From: an uncultured Candidatus Saccharibacteria bacterium
GTDB lineage: Bacteria > Patescibacteriota > Minisyncoccia > Phycocordibacterales > UBA2100
Length of the DNA stretch: 64,000 nucleotides
Reading direction: 5' to 3'
Assembly: GCA_964623775.1 (NCBI GenBank)
Contig: CAZUVH010000002.1
Location: 110,454-174,453, forward strand
Positions within the stretch are counted from its first letter, which is position 1, and the number at the start of each line of letters is the position of its first letter. The notes beneath the pieces were generated by a model. That model saw only the letters and a program-made list of their open reading frames with translations, ran no database searches and was not told the origin of the DNA. Below are positions 8,732 to 19,247 of the stretch, piece by piece. A program made the translations under genes and the position numbers.

Positions 8732-9700
8732 TTACGCGCGCGCCAGCTTGATCGAATGCTCCAGAAACTCCCGCACATTCGAGCCGACAGATTCGAGCAT
8801 TTGCGGAAATGCGGCACCTGGATAGAGGCCGGGAATTGCGTTGACTTCAAGGAGGTAAGCGGCACGCGGGGTCACAATGAAATCCGCTCGGGAGAAATGC
8901 GACATATCGAGTGCGCGGTGCGCAGTGCGCGCCGCGTCCATAAGGAGCTTCTTTTGGCCCATGCTGAAATTACTCGGGACACTGTGATGCGCGAGTGCTT
9001 GATGATGGTAATGCGGCTCAAAAATACGCGAGCCTTGGGGCAATTTCACGTGCACGGGCGGCAGCACGTACAGATCTTCGTTGCGGAAATTTTCAATCAC
9101 ACCCACCGTCGCTTCTTCGCCGATGACATATTCCTCAACAAGCGCTGATCCGTATGCATCCAGCACGTCGCCAATTGCATCAGGCAGATCGGTGAGCGCA
9201 CGCGCAATGCGGATGCCGAGTGAAGCGCCGTCATTGGGTGGCTTCACGATGTACGGCGGGCCGATAACCACGAATACATGCTTCGCCATCTCGCCCGTCG
9301 TCATATCATCTTCGAGCGAGAACCACATACCCCGCGGGATGCGCACACCAGCTTTGTCCAATATCTCGCGGGCCCGAATCTTGTTGAGAGAAAATGCGGC
9401 AGCAAGCGGCCGTGCACCCGTGTACGGCACACCCGCCCGCTCAAGTATTCTTTGTACCGAACCATCCTCCCCTACGCCGCCGTGTAAGCCATTCAAGACG
9501 ACATCGATCTGCGAGAGTGCTCGTGCTGGATCAACCGGCATACCACGCATATGCCAGTACCCGCGCTTGTCGATAAAAATATCTCGTGCATCATACCGGT
9601 CTTCCGGCAGACTTGAGAGCATCGTGGCTCCCGTCTTGAGCGAGAGATCGTATTCGCCGGATGTGCCTCCGCGCAAAACACCCACAGTCGTGCGTGACAT
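8732..9700 (-). CDS. ddl: D-alanine--D-alanine ligase
   Basis: ATP-grasp ligase; N-terminus MSRTTVGVLRGGTSGE (internal Met of ORF 8732..9745), C-terminal EVNAIPGL motif typical of Ddl. Confidence 0.85.
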   Translation of the reverse strand: MSRTTVGVLRGGTSGEYDLSLKTGATMLSSLPEDRYDARDIFIDKRGYWHMRGMPVDPARALSQIDVVLNGLHGGVGEDGSVQRILERAGVPYTGARPLAAAFSLNKIRAREILDKAGVRIPRGMWFSLEDDMTTGEMAKHVFVVIGPPYIVKPPNDGASLGIRIARALTDLPDAIGDVLDAYGSALVEEYVIGEEATVGVIENFRNEDLYVLPPVHVKLPQGSRIFEPHYHHQALAHHSVPSNFSMGQKKLLMDAARTAHRALDMSHFSRADFIVTPRAAYLLEVNAIPGLYPGAAFPQMLESVGSNVREFLEHSIKLARA

Positions 9701-9784
9701 ATACAAGAAATTGTAACACCCCTCAAGAGCGGTGCTGGAGCACAATCTTGAAAACGCGACGCCATGCCAACCGAAATGAGTGTT

Positions 9785-11026
9785 CTAGTCCCCCAATCCC
9801 ATAGCATCCCTCCTTCGTCGACGATGCCATGTGATACCAAATCGGTGCGCCTCGGCGTTGGCGAGGAGGATATCCTTTTCGTACGCTTCAATGGATCTTT
9901 TGTCACCGATGAGACGTTCAGGCTTATGGAATTCATTCTTCACAACACCAACGATCGGGATCATGAGTCCTGCTTCTTTCAGAATGCGCTCTGCCGCTCG
10001 CATTTGCCCCTTGCCGCCGTCGACGACGAACACTCGTGGTAGAGGCCATTCAGTATGATTGAGCCGACGATTCAATACCTCCTTCAGTGAAGCGACATCG
10101 TCGTTGGTCGCGCTTTGGATTTTGAATTTCCGGTACGCTGCCTTAAAAGCTTCGCCGCCGTGCACAACGGTCATTACGCCGACAGTCTCAACCCCCGACG
10201 TATGAGCAATATCGTACGCTTCGATGCGCACACCTCCCCCCGCTGATACATGACTCTCGTTTTTTATGAGAGACACATCTTTGATATGCGTAAGTGCGTC
10301 AATTTGTCGGCGCACGCGCGACGCATCCTCGAAGCGTTCCGCCTCGGCAAATTCTCGCATCTCATTTGTAAGTTGGCGCTTTAGTCCCTTGAAATTGCCC
10401 GAGAAAAGCTCCTTGATGTGAGCGACCACGCCCGCATATTCCCCCTTCGATATCTCTCCAGTGCATGTGCCCGGACAAAGCCCAATCTGCCGATTGAAAC
10501 ACGGCTTGCAGGTCTTATTTTTTCCCGTGCCACACGGTATGCACTTGGAATCACGGAACGGGAATATTTTTCGAACGATCTTGCACGCCTCTTGGAGGGC
10601 CATGCCGCCCGGAAATGGTCCGAACAGATATTTAATGTCTTTATCATTCCACTTCAAGAAAAGTTCGCGTCCACGCACGACGATCACACGCGGAAATTCT
10701 TCCCTGGTGATAACGAGATAATTGAAGCTTTTGTTGTCCTTTTCGTCGACATTGGCAGGCGGCTGATACTGCTTGATCAGATTGGCCTCGAGGATAAGCG
10801 CTTCAAGCACCGAATCAGTTTTCTCATAAGAAATAGTGTCGGCCTCCTCTACCATTTTCACAATCGCAGGCGAACGACCCTCCGCAAGATCATGAGAAAA
10901 ATAGCTGCGGACCCGATCGCGCAGACTCGCCGCCTTGCCGATGTAGAGGATCTTCTTCCCCTTCTTGAAGAAATAGACACCCGGCTCATCGGGAAGATTG
11001 TATTTTTTAATGTCTTCGCGTTGCAT
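9785..11026 (-). CDS. uvrC: excinuclease ABC subunit C, lacking the C-terminal (HhH)2 domain
   Basis: N-terminal GIY-YIG (GVYFF...ILYIGKA), UVR motif region, RNase H-like endonuclease domain ending AEAHRFGITWHRRRRR; ORF stops about 10 aa later, no HhH2. Confidence 0.85.
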   Translation of the reverse strand: MQREDIKKYNLPDEPGVYFFKKGKKILYIGKAASLRDRVRSYFSHDLAEGRSPAIVKMVEEADTISYEKTDSVLEALILEANLIKQYQPPANVDEKDNKSFNYLVITREEFPRVIVVRGRELFLKWNDKDIKYLFGPFPGGMALQEACKIVRKIFPFRDSKCIPCGTGKNKTCKPCFNRQIGLCPGTCTGEISKGEYAGVVAHIKELFSGNFKGLKRQLTNEMREFAEAERFEDASRVRRQIDALTHIKDVSLIKNESHVSAGGGVRIEAYDIAHTSGVETVGVMTVVHGGEAFKAAYRKFKIQSATNDDVASLKEVLNRRLNHTEWPLPRVFVVDGGKGQMRAAERILKEAGLMIPIVGVVKNEFHKPERLIGDKRSIEAYEKDILLANAEAHRFGITWHRRRRRDAMGLGD

Positions 11027-11096
11027 AGAGGTACTATACCTGCCTGAGACAAGCAGGCAAAAAAGAGAGCCGCGGCCAATATAGGCCGCGGCGACA

Positions 11097-11519
11097 TTAT
11101 TTCAGATACGACGTTACGCGTCTCGCAATGATTCCCTGTGAGCGCAGTGCGCGCATCTCTTCGGCCCGAATTAATTCGGCGCCTCGCTCAAGCGCAATCA
11201 AGGGAAGCCTCCCGCAGAGCGTATACTCAAGTACGTCCCGCTTGATTGAGATACACCCCTCTTCAGTCCAGCATGGTATCCCATTTTTTACGTATCTGCG
11301 TCGACCTTTCCAGTCTGCTCCGTAAGCATGGCGAAGCGCACCCTTCATGCCCTGTGCGCGATGCACCGCAATAAGAGTACGGTACTGCCACGATCGCGAG
11401 TAGACAGGATTCCTCATCCCGTAATAGACGGAGAGGACATCCATCATTTCACTCGTCTCAAAAAATCTACCCGCGGTGCGTTGTTTTTCTCGTAACGGAG
11501 GCGAAGGCGGAAAGCGCAT
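11097..11519 (-). CDS. hypothetical protein; weak resemblance to L,D-transpeptidase (YkuD) catalytic motif
   Basis: His ... EGCISIKRDV arrangement loosely resembles HG...SHGCIR; no signal peptide, so assignment is weak. Confidence 0.3.
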   Translation of the reverse strand: MRFPPSPPLREKQRTAGRFFETSEMMDVLSVYYGMRNPVYSRSWQYRTLIAVHRAQGMKGALRHAYGADWKGRRRYVKNGIPCWTEEGCISIKRDVLEYTLCGRLPLIALERGAELIRAEEMRALRSQGIIARRVTSYLK

Positions 11520-11605
11520 GTGCCCGTATCCTTTTCGAGGAGAACTCTAAAAACCTAGAGTATCACAAAAAGAAAACCGCAGCCAGGTGAGGCCGCGGTT
11601 CGATA

Positions 11606-12526
11606 TTATGTGACGTCTTGGAAATACTGTTTGAAGGGCTCAACCATCTCGAGCAGATCCTTGCCTGTGTACAACTTCTTCACGAGCGGCTGCCAAGGGA
11701 TATTCCACTTCGGATCATCCGGATGGGCAGGATTCACAAGTCTGAAGCGACACAGGGTGGGAGACCAGGAGCCATCTTCACGTTCGCAGGTGTATTGGAC
11801 AATGCGAGTATTGATCATCTGATTCTGCGTATCATGCGCAACGCCGTGTTTCTTTGCATACTCTTTTTCGGTGTTGAGAATCATCTGCGCGAGCTGACGC
11901 GGATGCCAACCCTCGATCATAAAGCGCTTGACCCACATCACTTCACCGTGATCAATCTCGAGCACGTCGCAACCGCGGTGCCTTTCCCAGATGTCGCGAA
12001 AATGTGCACTCAGACGGCCACCGGCCATATCCTGGAAGGTCTCGCCATTGCCCGCACGGAAAAAATACGACTGCTTGGCACGAAGCTCACGCTCTTCTTC
12101 GGTAAAAAGATGCAGACGTTCTTCGTACGAAAGTCTGTCGAGATCACCGTAATTTCGCTCGACGAGCCGCGGGTCAAGTTCCCAAAAAATGGGAAGTTTC
12201 GCATGCTCCGTCGCATGACCCGCCGTTTCGACTGCTCGCGCATATGTCGATACGATCGCGCGCACATTTTCAAACGGCTTCTCAAGACGCCGCTGCGCCA
12301 ACTCTCGGAAATCCTGGTCAATCCAGCTCCCCAACCGTCTTCCCTGCGTGACACCTTTCGGAGTGAGCCGTGCTTCCGATGTATGCGTATTGAGAATATC
12401 CCGCATAAATACAGGGTAGTTGTTGTTCTTGAGCTCGATACGCAGATTATTGCGATCGCTGTTGCCGTGCCTCGCGAAGGTAAGGGTGCGCGGCCCCTCA
12501 AAATAATCTCTACCTTTTTTTGACAT
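11606..12526 (-). CDS. histidine phosphatase superfamily protein (phosphoglycerate mutase-like)
   Basis: N-terminal LTFARHGNSDRN (RHG catalytic motif). Confidence 0.65.
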   Translation of the reverse strand: MSKKGRDYFEGPRTLTFARHGNSDRNNLRIELKNNNYPVFMRDILNTHTSEARLTPKGVTQGRRLGSWIDQDFRELAQRRLEKPFENVRAIVSTYARAVETAGHATEHAKLPIFWELDPRLVERNYGDLDRLSYEERLHLFTEEERELRAKQSYFFRAGNGETFQDMAGGRLSAHFRDIWERHRGCDVLEIDHGEVMWVKRFMIEGWHPRQLAQMILNTEKEYAKKHGVAHDTQNQMINTRIVQYTCEREDGSWSPTLCRFRLVNPAHPDDPKWNIPWQPLVKKLYTGKDLLEMVEPFKQYFQDVT

Positions 12527-12590
12527 CTCTACCTCTCTCTATCTTTTTCCACTCTATTCATAGACACCTCCGTGTCAACCTCGTGCACTC

Positions 12591-13025
12591 ATGTCGCTGG
12601 ACGAAAAGGGCGCGTGCCGTACAGTTAATACAGAAGAAAGGATACTCCCAATGCCTACGCTACGAGACGAAATTCTCGTAGTGTCACGCTACGAGAAAAG
12701 TGCACGATCCGGTTTTGATCTCTTGAGAAAGGTTCGGAAATTTCGAGCAAGATGCGGCGATAGACGTCCCGTGCTCGAAACCGAATTCGCAGGAACAATC
12801 TTGAGCATGACTGAGGAGGGCGTTTTTAACCCGTGGGTCAAGTTGCGCGCACCCAAGGGACTGGAGCAAGTGGAGGATATCGATGAATACGACCCTCTCT
12901 ACACGATATTTTTTCAGCTCACCTATCGAGGTCACCTCGAACATTTCGAAGCGGTTGATCGCATCGCCGAGGAACGAGGAGACTTTCGCAAGCTTTTAAG
13001 TAAGAAACCAGGCCAATCGAAATGA
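12591..13025 (+). CDS. hypothetical protein
   Basis: ORF-track entry; stop codon embedded in a strong intrinsic terminator; no recognisable domain. Confidence 0.4.
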   Translation: MSLDEKGACRTVNTEERILPMPTLRDEILVVSRYEKSARSGFDLLRKVRKFRARCGDRRPVLETEFAGTILSMTEEGVFNPWVKLRAPKGLEQVEDIDEYDPLYTIFFQLTYRGHLEHFEAVDRIAEERGDFRKLLSKKPGQSK

Positions 13026-13041
13026 TTGGCCTAATTTTTTT
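13011..13041 (+). terminator. intrinsic terminator (ggccaatc-gaaat-gattggcc + T9)
   Basis: Perfect 8-bp stem, 5-nt loop, followed by taattttttt. Confidence 0.65.
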
Positions 13042-13276
13042 AGCAAAATAAAAAAGCCCTCGTCCCTTTTAGGCTTCCGTAGGTCGACAACATCGTGGCG
13101 ACCATCCGGGAATCCGTATTAGGAGTCATCGGGCTGCATAATGATCAGACTTCGTGGGGGAATCGGAGGCCAACCCCCTGTTCCTCGGCTCGATCGCATC
13201 TCCTCCGAACAGCGCGACCTTGGAACACTGGAATTATATATTCCTTATAGGAACTTGTCAAGTGCCTTAAAACGCC

Positions 13277-15916
13277 TTATTTTTTGGCCTTTTTAAGGAC
13301 ACGCTTAAGGTAATATCCCGTATGTGAGCCGTCCGTCTTCGACACCTCTTCCGGCGTGCCTTTTGCGACGACCTTGCCGCCACCGACACCGCCCTCGGGA
13401 CCCATGTCGACAATGTAGTCCGCGCACTTGAGTACATCGAGATTGTGCTCGATCACGACGACCGTGTTTCCACGATCAACCAATTTCTGGAGAATATCGA
13501 TCAATTTCTGGACGTCATCGTAATGCAAACCGACAGTCGGCTCGTCGAGGAGATAGATTGTCTTGGTCATGAGCGGTCGATAGAGCTCCGACGCAATCTT
13601 TACACGCTGCGCCTCTCCACCCGAAAGCGTCGTCGCGCTCTGGCCGAGCTCCAAGTATGAGAGGCCCACGTCTACGAGCGTCTGCAAACGGTCGGAAATC
13701 GCGGGGATGTCCTCAAAGAATTTAAGCGCTTCCTCGACCGTCATTGTGAGTACGTCGTGAATGCTTTTTTTCTTATACTTCACTTCAAGTGTCTCTTTCA
13801 TAAATCGCTTACCGTTGCACACGTCACATGTCACGTAGACGGTCGGGAGAAAGTGCATTTCCACAGCGACAAGGCCATTGCCCTGACACGCCTCGCAGCG
13901 TCCGCCTTTTACATTGAACGAAAATCTGCCTGGGCCCCACCCACGCGCCTTGGATTCCTCGCTCATCGCGAAGAGATCGCGGATATGCGTCCACGCGCCG
14001 GTATACGTAGCTGGATTCGAGCGTGGAGTACGGCCGATCGGAGACTGATCGATGAGAATGGAGCGGCCGAGATATTCTGTACCGCTAAATTCTTTAACAT
14101 TGTAGATCTTGGCGGTACGGAAACGCTTATCGAATCGCGCGAGCAAATTGCGGTGAAGCATCTCATAAAGGAATGTTGATTTGCCCGATCCCGATACACC
14201 TGTGATCGCCACGAGCTTGGCGAGAGGGATGTCGATATTGATATTCTGTAGATTGAATTTGTTGCCACCGCGAATTCTGATCTTGCCGCGCTCTGCGGTG
14301 CGTCGCTTCTCCGGGACGGCAATGGCCGATTCTTCGCGCAAATACGAAAGCGTGCGCGAACCTGATTTATTGGTCTTTGCGGTGAGCAAATCTTCGAGCC
14401 ATCCTGAAGCGACGATGGTGCCACCATGTGTCCCGGCACCAGGTCCGATATCGACAATGTAATCGGATGCGTAGATCGTGTCTTCGTCATGTTCAACGAC
14501 GAGCACGGTATTCCCGAGGTCACGAAGGTGCTTCAGTGTCTCGATGAGTTTGTCGTTGTCACGTTGGTGAAGGCCGATCGTCGGCTCATCGAGCACGTAG
14601 AGCGCGCCGACGAGTCCGCTGCCAAGCTGCGATGCGAGACGGATACGCTGCGCCTCTCCCCCAGAGAGTGTATTCGCCTTACGATCGAGCGTGAGGTATT
14701 CGATACCGACGTTGAGCATGAATTGAAGGCGGCTCGTGATCTCCTTGACCACAACCTTCGAGATTTCCTTCTCCTTTTCGGTCAATTTGAGCTTGTTGAA
14801 GAAATCCATCGCGTCCTGGATGGAGAACGACGCGAGCTGCACGATGTTGGTGCCTACTGCAGGACCTTCATGACTTTCCGGCTGCTTTACAGAGCCGAGA
14901 AAAACATTGAGCGATTCGGGGCGAAGACGCGCACCATTACATACGGTGCACGGGTCATCACTGAAGAGGAAGAGGGTGCCGAGACCTTTGCATTCCGGAC
15001 ATGCACCATATGGAGAATTGAAAGAAAAGAGTCGCGGCTCGATCTCTGGGAATGAGAAGCCGTCGTATGCGCACATAAATTTTGCCGAGACGATATGTGA
15101 CTCTCCACTTGCATCGGTGATGCGCACGAGGCCCTCCGATTCATTGAGTGCCCGCTCTATCGCCTCGCTTGCGCGCTCGCGTGCGCCTTTTGGATCATCC
15201 TTGAATTCAGAGACAAAGATCTCGTCCACCACGACATCGATCGTGTGTTTAAAATTCTTTTGAAGCTCGATACGCGACCGCAATGATTTCTCCTCACCAT
15301 CGATGACAACTTTTTCAAAGCCCTTCGCGAGGAGGTCGTAGAGGAGCTGGTAGTATTCGCCCTTGCGTCCGACGACCACAGGCGATGAGATCCGGACCTT
15401 CGCGTCTGATACGCCTTTTGTGAGTTTTCCCGTTTCTCCCTTTTGTTGCTTGCCCGCCTTATCGACAATACGAAGAACGGACTCTAGAATTTCTTCATTT
15501 GAGAGTTTGCGTACTTCCCTACCGCAAATTGGGCAGTGTGCGTGGCCGATGCGCGCATAGAGCACTCGGAGATAGTCGTAAATTTCAGTGATTGTCGCCA
15601 CTGTCGAGCGAGGATTGTTGGAGCGACTCTTCTGATCGATTGAAATTGCAGGTGAAAGGCCAGTGATCTCGTCGACATCGGGCTTCTGCATTTGTCGCAA
15701 GAATTGACGGGCATATGCCGAGAGCGACTCGACGTACTTACGCTGTCCCTCCGCGAAAATGGTATCAAATGCCAAAGACGACTTCCCTGATCCGGAAAGC
15801 CCCGTAAAAACGACCATCTTATTACGCGGGATCTCAACACTCACGTCCTTCAAATTGTGCGTGCGAGCGCCTTTGACGATGATTTTATCCGTGTTGTTGT
15901 TTTTTTGTGGTGACAT
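13277..15916 (-). CDS. uvrA: excinuclease ABC subunit A
   Basis: 879 aa, two ABC ATPase modules ([18 protein letters not shown]), zinc-finger Cys clusters. Confidence 0.95.
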   Translation of the reverse strand: MSPQKNNNTDKIIVKGARTHNLKDVSVEIPRNKMVVFTGLSGSGKSSLAFDTIFAEGQRKYVESLSAYARQFLRQMQKPDVDEITGLSPAISIDQKSRSNNPRSTVATITEIYDYLRVLYARIGHAHCPICGREVRKLSNEEILESVLRIVDKAGKQQKGETGKLTKGVSDAKVRISSPVVVGRKGEYYQLLYDLLAKGFEKVVIDGEEKSLRSRIELQKNFKHTIDVVVDEIFVSEFKDDPKGARERASEAIERALNESEGLVRITDASGESHIVSAKFMCAYDGFSFPEIEPRLFSFNSPYGACPECKGLGTLFLFSDDPCTVCNGARLRPESLNVFLGSVKQPESHEGPAVGTNIVQLASFSIQDAMDFFNKLKLTEKEKEISKVVVKEITSRLQFMLNVGIEYLTLDRKANTLSGGEAQRIRLASQLGSGLVGALYVLDEPTIGLHQRDNDKLIETLKHLRDLGNTVLVVEHDEDTIYASDYIVDIGPGAGTHGGTIVASGWLEDLLTAKTNKSGSRTLSYLREESAIAVPEKRRTAERGKIRIRGGNKFNLQNINIDIPLAKLVAITGVSGSGKSTFLYEMLHRNLLARFDKRFRTAKIYNVKEFSGTEYLGRSILIDQSPIGRTPRSNPATYTGAWTHIRDLFAMSEESKARGWGPGRFSFNVKGGRCEACQGNGLVAVEMHFLPTVYVTCDVCNGKRFMKETLEVKYKKKSIHDVLTMTVEEALKFFEDIPAISDRLQTLVDVGLSYLELGQSATTLSGGEAQRVKIASELYRPLMTKTIYLLDEPTVGLHYDDVQKLIDILQKLVDRGNTVVVIEHNLDVLKCADYIVDMGPEGGVGGGKVVAKGTPEEVSKTDGSHTGYYLKRVLKKAKK

Positions 15917-15984
15917 ACAAACAGATCCGACCCCCGCTTTGCGCTAGGGGTTGGGTAGGAGGACTATATCATGAGGATTCGATT

Positions 15985-16905
15985 TTATAGAATCGCCGCC
16001 TCTTCCTGGAGAGTGATGTTGAACATCTCTCTTACCGCGACTTTTATCCTTTCCGCAAGTTCTCGCACGTCCGTTGCCTTCGCGGAGCCCATATTCACAA
16101 TGTAATTCGGGTGTTGGAGGCTCGCGATCGCGCCACCCACCGTCGCACCCTTCATGCCCGCCTTTTCGATCAGCCATCCAGCTGGCACCCGACCTTCGCG
16201 TGACTTCACACCTTTTTCCTTTTCAAACATTTCTACGATTTCTGATGGCGCGACAGGGTTCATAAAAAAACTACCGGCCGCTTTCACATTTTGCAGGTGT
16301 CTTTTTTCTCGTTCAGCGATCGTCTCTTCAATTGACTTCGTTATTATCGCAGGTTCTAGTTGTGCAAGCTTAGCTTGCACAACAGTGATTATCCACTCAG
16401 AGTGATCTTTGAAAAAACTGTGGCGATAAGAAAAGTCACATGCGTCGTTCGTAAAATCCTGACTCTCCCCTGTTTCTGAATGTAACGCGCGAACTTTTGT
16501 TACAAAATCCTTGATCTCCGGTCCAAATGCTCCCGCGTTGCCACGCACTGCGCCGCCGATCGTACCGGGAATGCCGCTTAGCTTTTCCCACCCTCCGAGA
16601 CCATTTGTCGCCGCTGCGCGGATAAGTGCGAGAAGATTGCAACCCGCATCAGCGGAAAGCTCTGACCCCGCGAATGAAAAATCCTTGGAGACGAAATGGA
16701 TCACGAGACCCTTTATTCCCTCATCTGGAACAAGTGCGTTACTCCCCCCCGCAAGTACGACGTACGAAATCTGCTTCTCGCGCGCATAGCGAATGGCCTC
16801 GCGCAGCTCGTCCTCCGTCTTCACATCGACAAAATACTCGGCTTCGCCGCCGATCTGAAAGGTGGTCAACGGCGCAAGCGGTACAAATTGCTGAACCTCA
16901 ATCAT
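15985..16905 (-). CDS. murB: UDP-N-acetylenolpyruvoylglucosamine reductase
   Basis: FAD-binding domain and conserved MurB C-terminal region (GGAIASLQHPNYIVN). Confidence 0.9.
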   Translation of the reverse strand: MIEVQQFVPLAPLTTFQIGGEAEYFVDVKTEDELREAIRYAREKQISYVVLAGGSNALVPDEGIKGLVIHFVSKDFSFAGSELSADAGCNLLALIRAAATNGLGGWEKLSGIPGTIGGAVRGNAGAFGPEIKDFVTKVRALHSETGESQDFTNDACDFSYRHSFFKDHSEWIITVVQAKLAQLEPAIITKSIEETIAEREKRHLQNVKAAGSFFMNPVAPSEIVEMFEKEKGVKSREGRVPAGWLIEKAGMKGATVGGAIASLQHPNYIVNMGSAKATDVRELAERIKVAVREMFNITLQEEAAIL

Positions 16906-16921
16906 GTATGTATTTTACCTT

Positions 16922-18916
16922 TTATTTTGCCTTTTCTTCGAGTATGCGTATCTCGTCGCGCAAGATGGCTGCAGTTTCGAAATCGAGATCGTCGGCCGCC
17001 TGATGCATTTGGCGACGCTTTTCCTTGATCACCTTTTTCATATCTCCGCCGAACGCATTAGCATCGAATTCTGCGAGTTCCTTCACGACGCGCTTGCGCG
17101 ACTTTTCGATCTCGCCGGTAATGTCTTTGATGCGCTTGATGATCGTCTGCGGTGTAATTCCGTGCTTCTTGTTGTATGCGATCTGCACATCCCTGCGACG
17201 ATTTGTCTCGCCTATCGCCCGCTCCATTGAGCCCGTCATATTGTCGGCATAGAGAATGACACGACCGTTCACATTGCGTGCGGCACGGCCGATCGTCTGG
17301 ATGAGCGATGTTGTCGAGCGCAAGAATCCTTCTTTATCAGCATCGAGTATACCGATGAGTTCCACCTCTGGGAGATCAAGTCCTTCGCGAAGGAGGTTGA
17401 CCCCTACGAGCACGTCGAAGACTCCTTTGCGAAAATCGGTAAGTATCTCAATACGCTCGATCGTCGTAATGTCGCTGTGGATATAGCGCGACTTGATGTC
17501 TTTCTCCTTGAGAAAAGCACTGAGATCTTCTGCCATTTTCTTCGTAAGCACGGTGACCATCGTGCGCGCGCCTTTTTTGGTCGTGGCTTCCGCCTCGACG
17601 ATAAAATCCTTTACTTGTCCTCCATAATTGTCACCACTAATGATCGGTCGTACCTCAAGCTGCGGATCAACAAGCCCGGTCGGACGCACGACCATCTCTA
17701 TGGGCGGGCCACTGCGTTCAAGCTCATACTGCGATGGCGTAGCTGTCGTATAAATAGTTTGGCCGATCCGAGCTTGGAACTCCTCAAATTTGAGTGGGCG
17801 ATTGTCGAGAGCGCTCGGCAAGCGGAATCCGTGCTCGATAAGCGTCAGTTTGCGTGCGCGATCGCCCGCATACATTGCTCCAATCTGCGGTACCGTTACG
17901 TGCGACTCGTCGATCACTGTAAGAAAATCCTTGGGGAAATATGAGAGCAATGTATAGGGCGGTTCGCCGGCAGAGCGCCTATCGAAATGCCTCGAATAAT
18001 TCTCGATGCCGTTGCAGTAACCGAATTCTTTTATCATTGCTATGTCTTGCCTTGCACGACGCTTCAGGCGCTCGTGTTCAAGTATCTTCCCTTCGTCATT
18101 GAGTTTCTTGAGCTGAGCCTTCAGCTCCGCTTCAATGTCCGCCACAGCCGCGTCCTGCACATCCTTTGGGGTTACGTACTGCCTTGCGGGAAAGATAAAT
18201 ATCGAATCGTGCTTGTTCACAATCTCGCGCGTGATGGGATCGAGCTCCTCGATCTTCGCAATCTTGCCGCCCGTAAGATCGACACGATACAGTATGCGCT
18301 CGTTGGCCGGCATGATCTCGACTTTAGCGCCGAGTGCACGAAAAGTGCCCGGCGAAAGGTCACCTGCGACACGTTCAAAATAAATCCCGACGAGCTTTCG
18401 AGTAAGGTCGGCACGGGTCATAGGCGAACCTTTTACAAGCTTCAGGTTCACCTTTTCATATTCGATCGGACTTCCCAATCCATAAATGCATGAAACCGAT
18501 GCGACCACGATCACGTCCTTACGCGTGAGGAGCGATTGTGTGGTGGCATGACGCAGGCGCTCGATGTCTTCGTTGACCATCGCCTCCTTCTCGATATAAG
18601 TATCGGATACCGGTACGTATGCCTCCGGCTGGTAGTAGTCGTAGTACGAGACGAAATAATGCACCGCAGCATCGGGGAAAAATTCTCGGTACTCCGACGC
18701 AAGCTGTGCAGCAAGAGTTTTGTTGTGGGCGATGACGAGGGTCGGACGCTGCACCTTTTCGATAATATTGGCAATGGTAAAGGTCTTGCCCGAACCGGTA
18801 ACGCCGAGCAGCGTCTGATCACACTTACCCTCCTTAAGCCCTTTTACGAGTGCATCAATAGCCCTGGGCTGGTCACCCTCCGGCTTGTATTCTGACTTGA
18901 GTTTGAATAAGGCCAT
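16922..18916 (-). CDS. uvrB: excinuclease ABC subunit B
   Basis: 664 aa; helicase motifs (GVTGSGKTF), C-terminal UVR domain (AADDLDFETAAILRDEIRILE). Confidence 0.95.
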   Translation of the reverse strand: MALFKLKSEYKPEGDQPRAIDALVKGLKEGKCDQTLLGVTGSGKTFTIANIIEKVQRPTLVIAHNKTLAAQLASEYREFFPDAAVHYFVSYYDYYQPEAYVPVSDTYIEKEAMVNEDIERLRHATTQSLLTRKDVIVVASVSCIYGLGSPIEYEKVNLKLVKGSPMTRADLTRKLVGIYFERVAGDLSPGTFRALGAKVEIMPANERILYRVDLTGGKIAKIEELDPITREIVNKHDSIFIFPARQYVTPKDVQDAAVADIEAELKAQLKKLNDEGKILEHERLKRRARQDIAMIKEFGYCNGIENYSRHFDRRSAGEPPYTLLSYFPKDFLTVIDESHVTVPQIGAMYAGDRARKLTLIEHGFRLPSALDNRPLKFEEFQARIGQTIYTTATPSQYELERSGPPIEMVVRPTGLVDPQLEVRPIISGDNYGGQVKDFIVEAEATTKKGARTMVTVLTKKMAEDLSAFLKEKDIKSRYIHSDITTIERIEILTDFRKGVFDVLVGVNLLREGLDLPEVELIGILDADKEGFLRSTTSLIQTIGRAARNVNGRVILYADNMTGSMERAIGETNRRRDVQIAYNKKHGITPQTIIKRIKDITGEIEKSRKRVVKELAEFDANAFGGDMKKVIKEKRRQMHQAADDLDFETAAILRDEIRILEEKAK

Positions 18917-18951
18917 CCGGCCATCCTATCAGAAACATCTGTCCAATTGAA

Positions 18952-18984
18952 TAAAAGGAGCCGGCATCGCGATTGATGCCGGCT
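18952..18984 (-). terminator. terminator-like hairpin (agccggcatc-gcgatt-gatgccggct) downstream of the YHS-like gene
   Basis: 9-10 bp perfect stem; on minus strand followed by cctttta ttc. Confidence 0.4.
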
Positions 18985-18994
18985 TTAAAAGAAC

Positions 18995-19180
18995 TCAGGC
19001 CTTCAGGATCGAGTGTCCGAAGGTTTCCTTGCACCCATCAGTGCAGAACAGGAAACCATTCCAGCCGACCTTCGCGGATTCGCGGTCGACATTGTCGTTG
19101 CAGTTACGGCACTTGACCACCGAGGAGTCTTTGTCCACTGGGGCCGTAGCTGGCGTCTCTTTTGCTGCGAGTACGATCAT
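18995..19180 (-). CDS. small YHS/TRASH-like Cys-rich metal-binding protein
   Basis: KCRNCNDNV...NGFLFCTDGCKETF resembles YHS domain (DPVCGM...YYFCSEECKEKF); AAGGAAG SD upstream of internal Met. Confidence 0.5.
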   Translation of the reverse strand: MIVLAAKETPATAPVDKDSSVVKCRNCNDNVDRESAKVGWNGFLFCTDGCKETFGHSILKA

Positions 19181-19247
19181 GTATCTTCCTTCAATGTGGT
19201 CAAAACGACCAAGTTGCGCAGGCAGCACTATGCCTCAAGGCAACATT

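Noticed and set aside
13445-15560. Multiple 60-200 aa ORFs on both strands inside uvrA (e.g. 13757..14179, 13963..14523, 14426..15055)
   Set aside because: These are shadow ORFs of a high-GC, well-conserved 879-aa gene. None has independent support.
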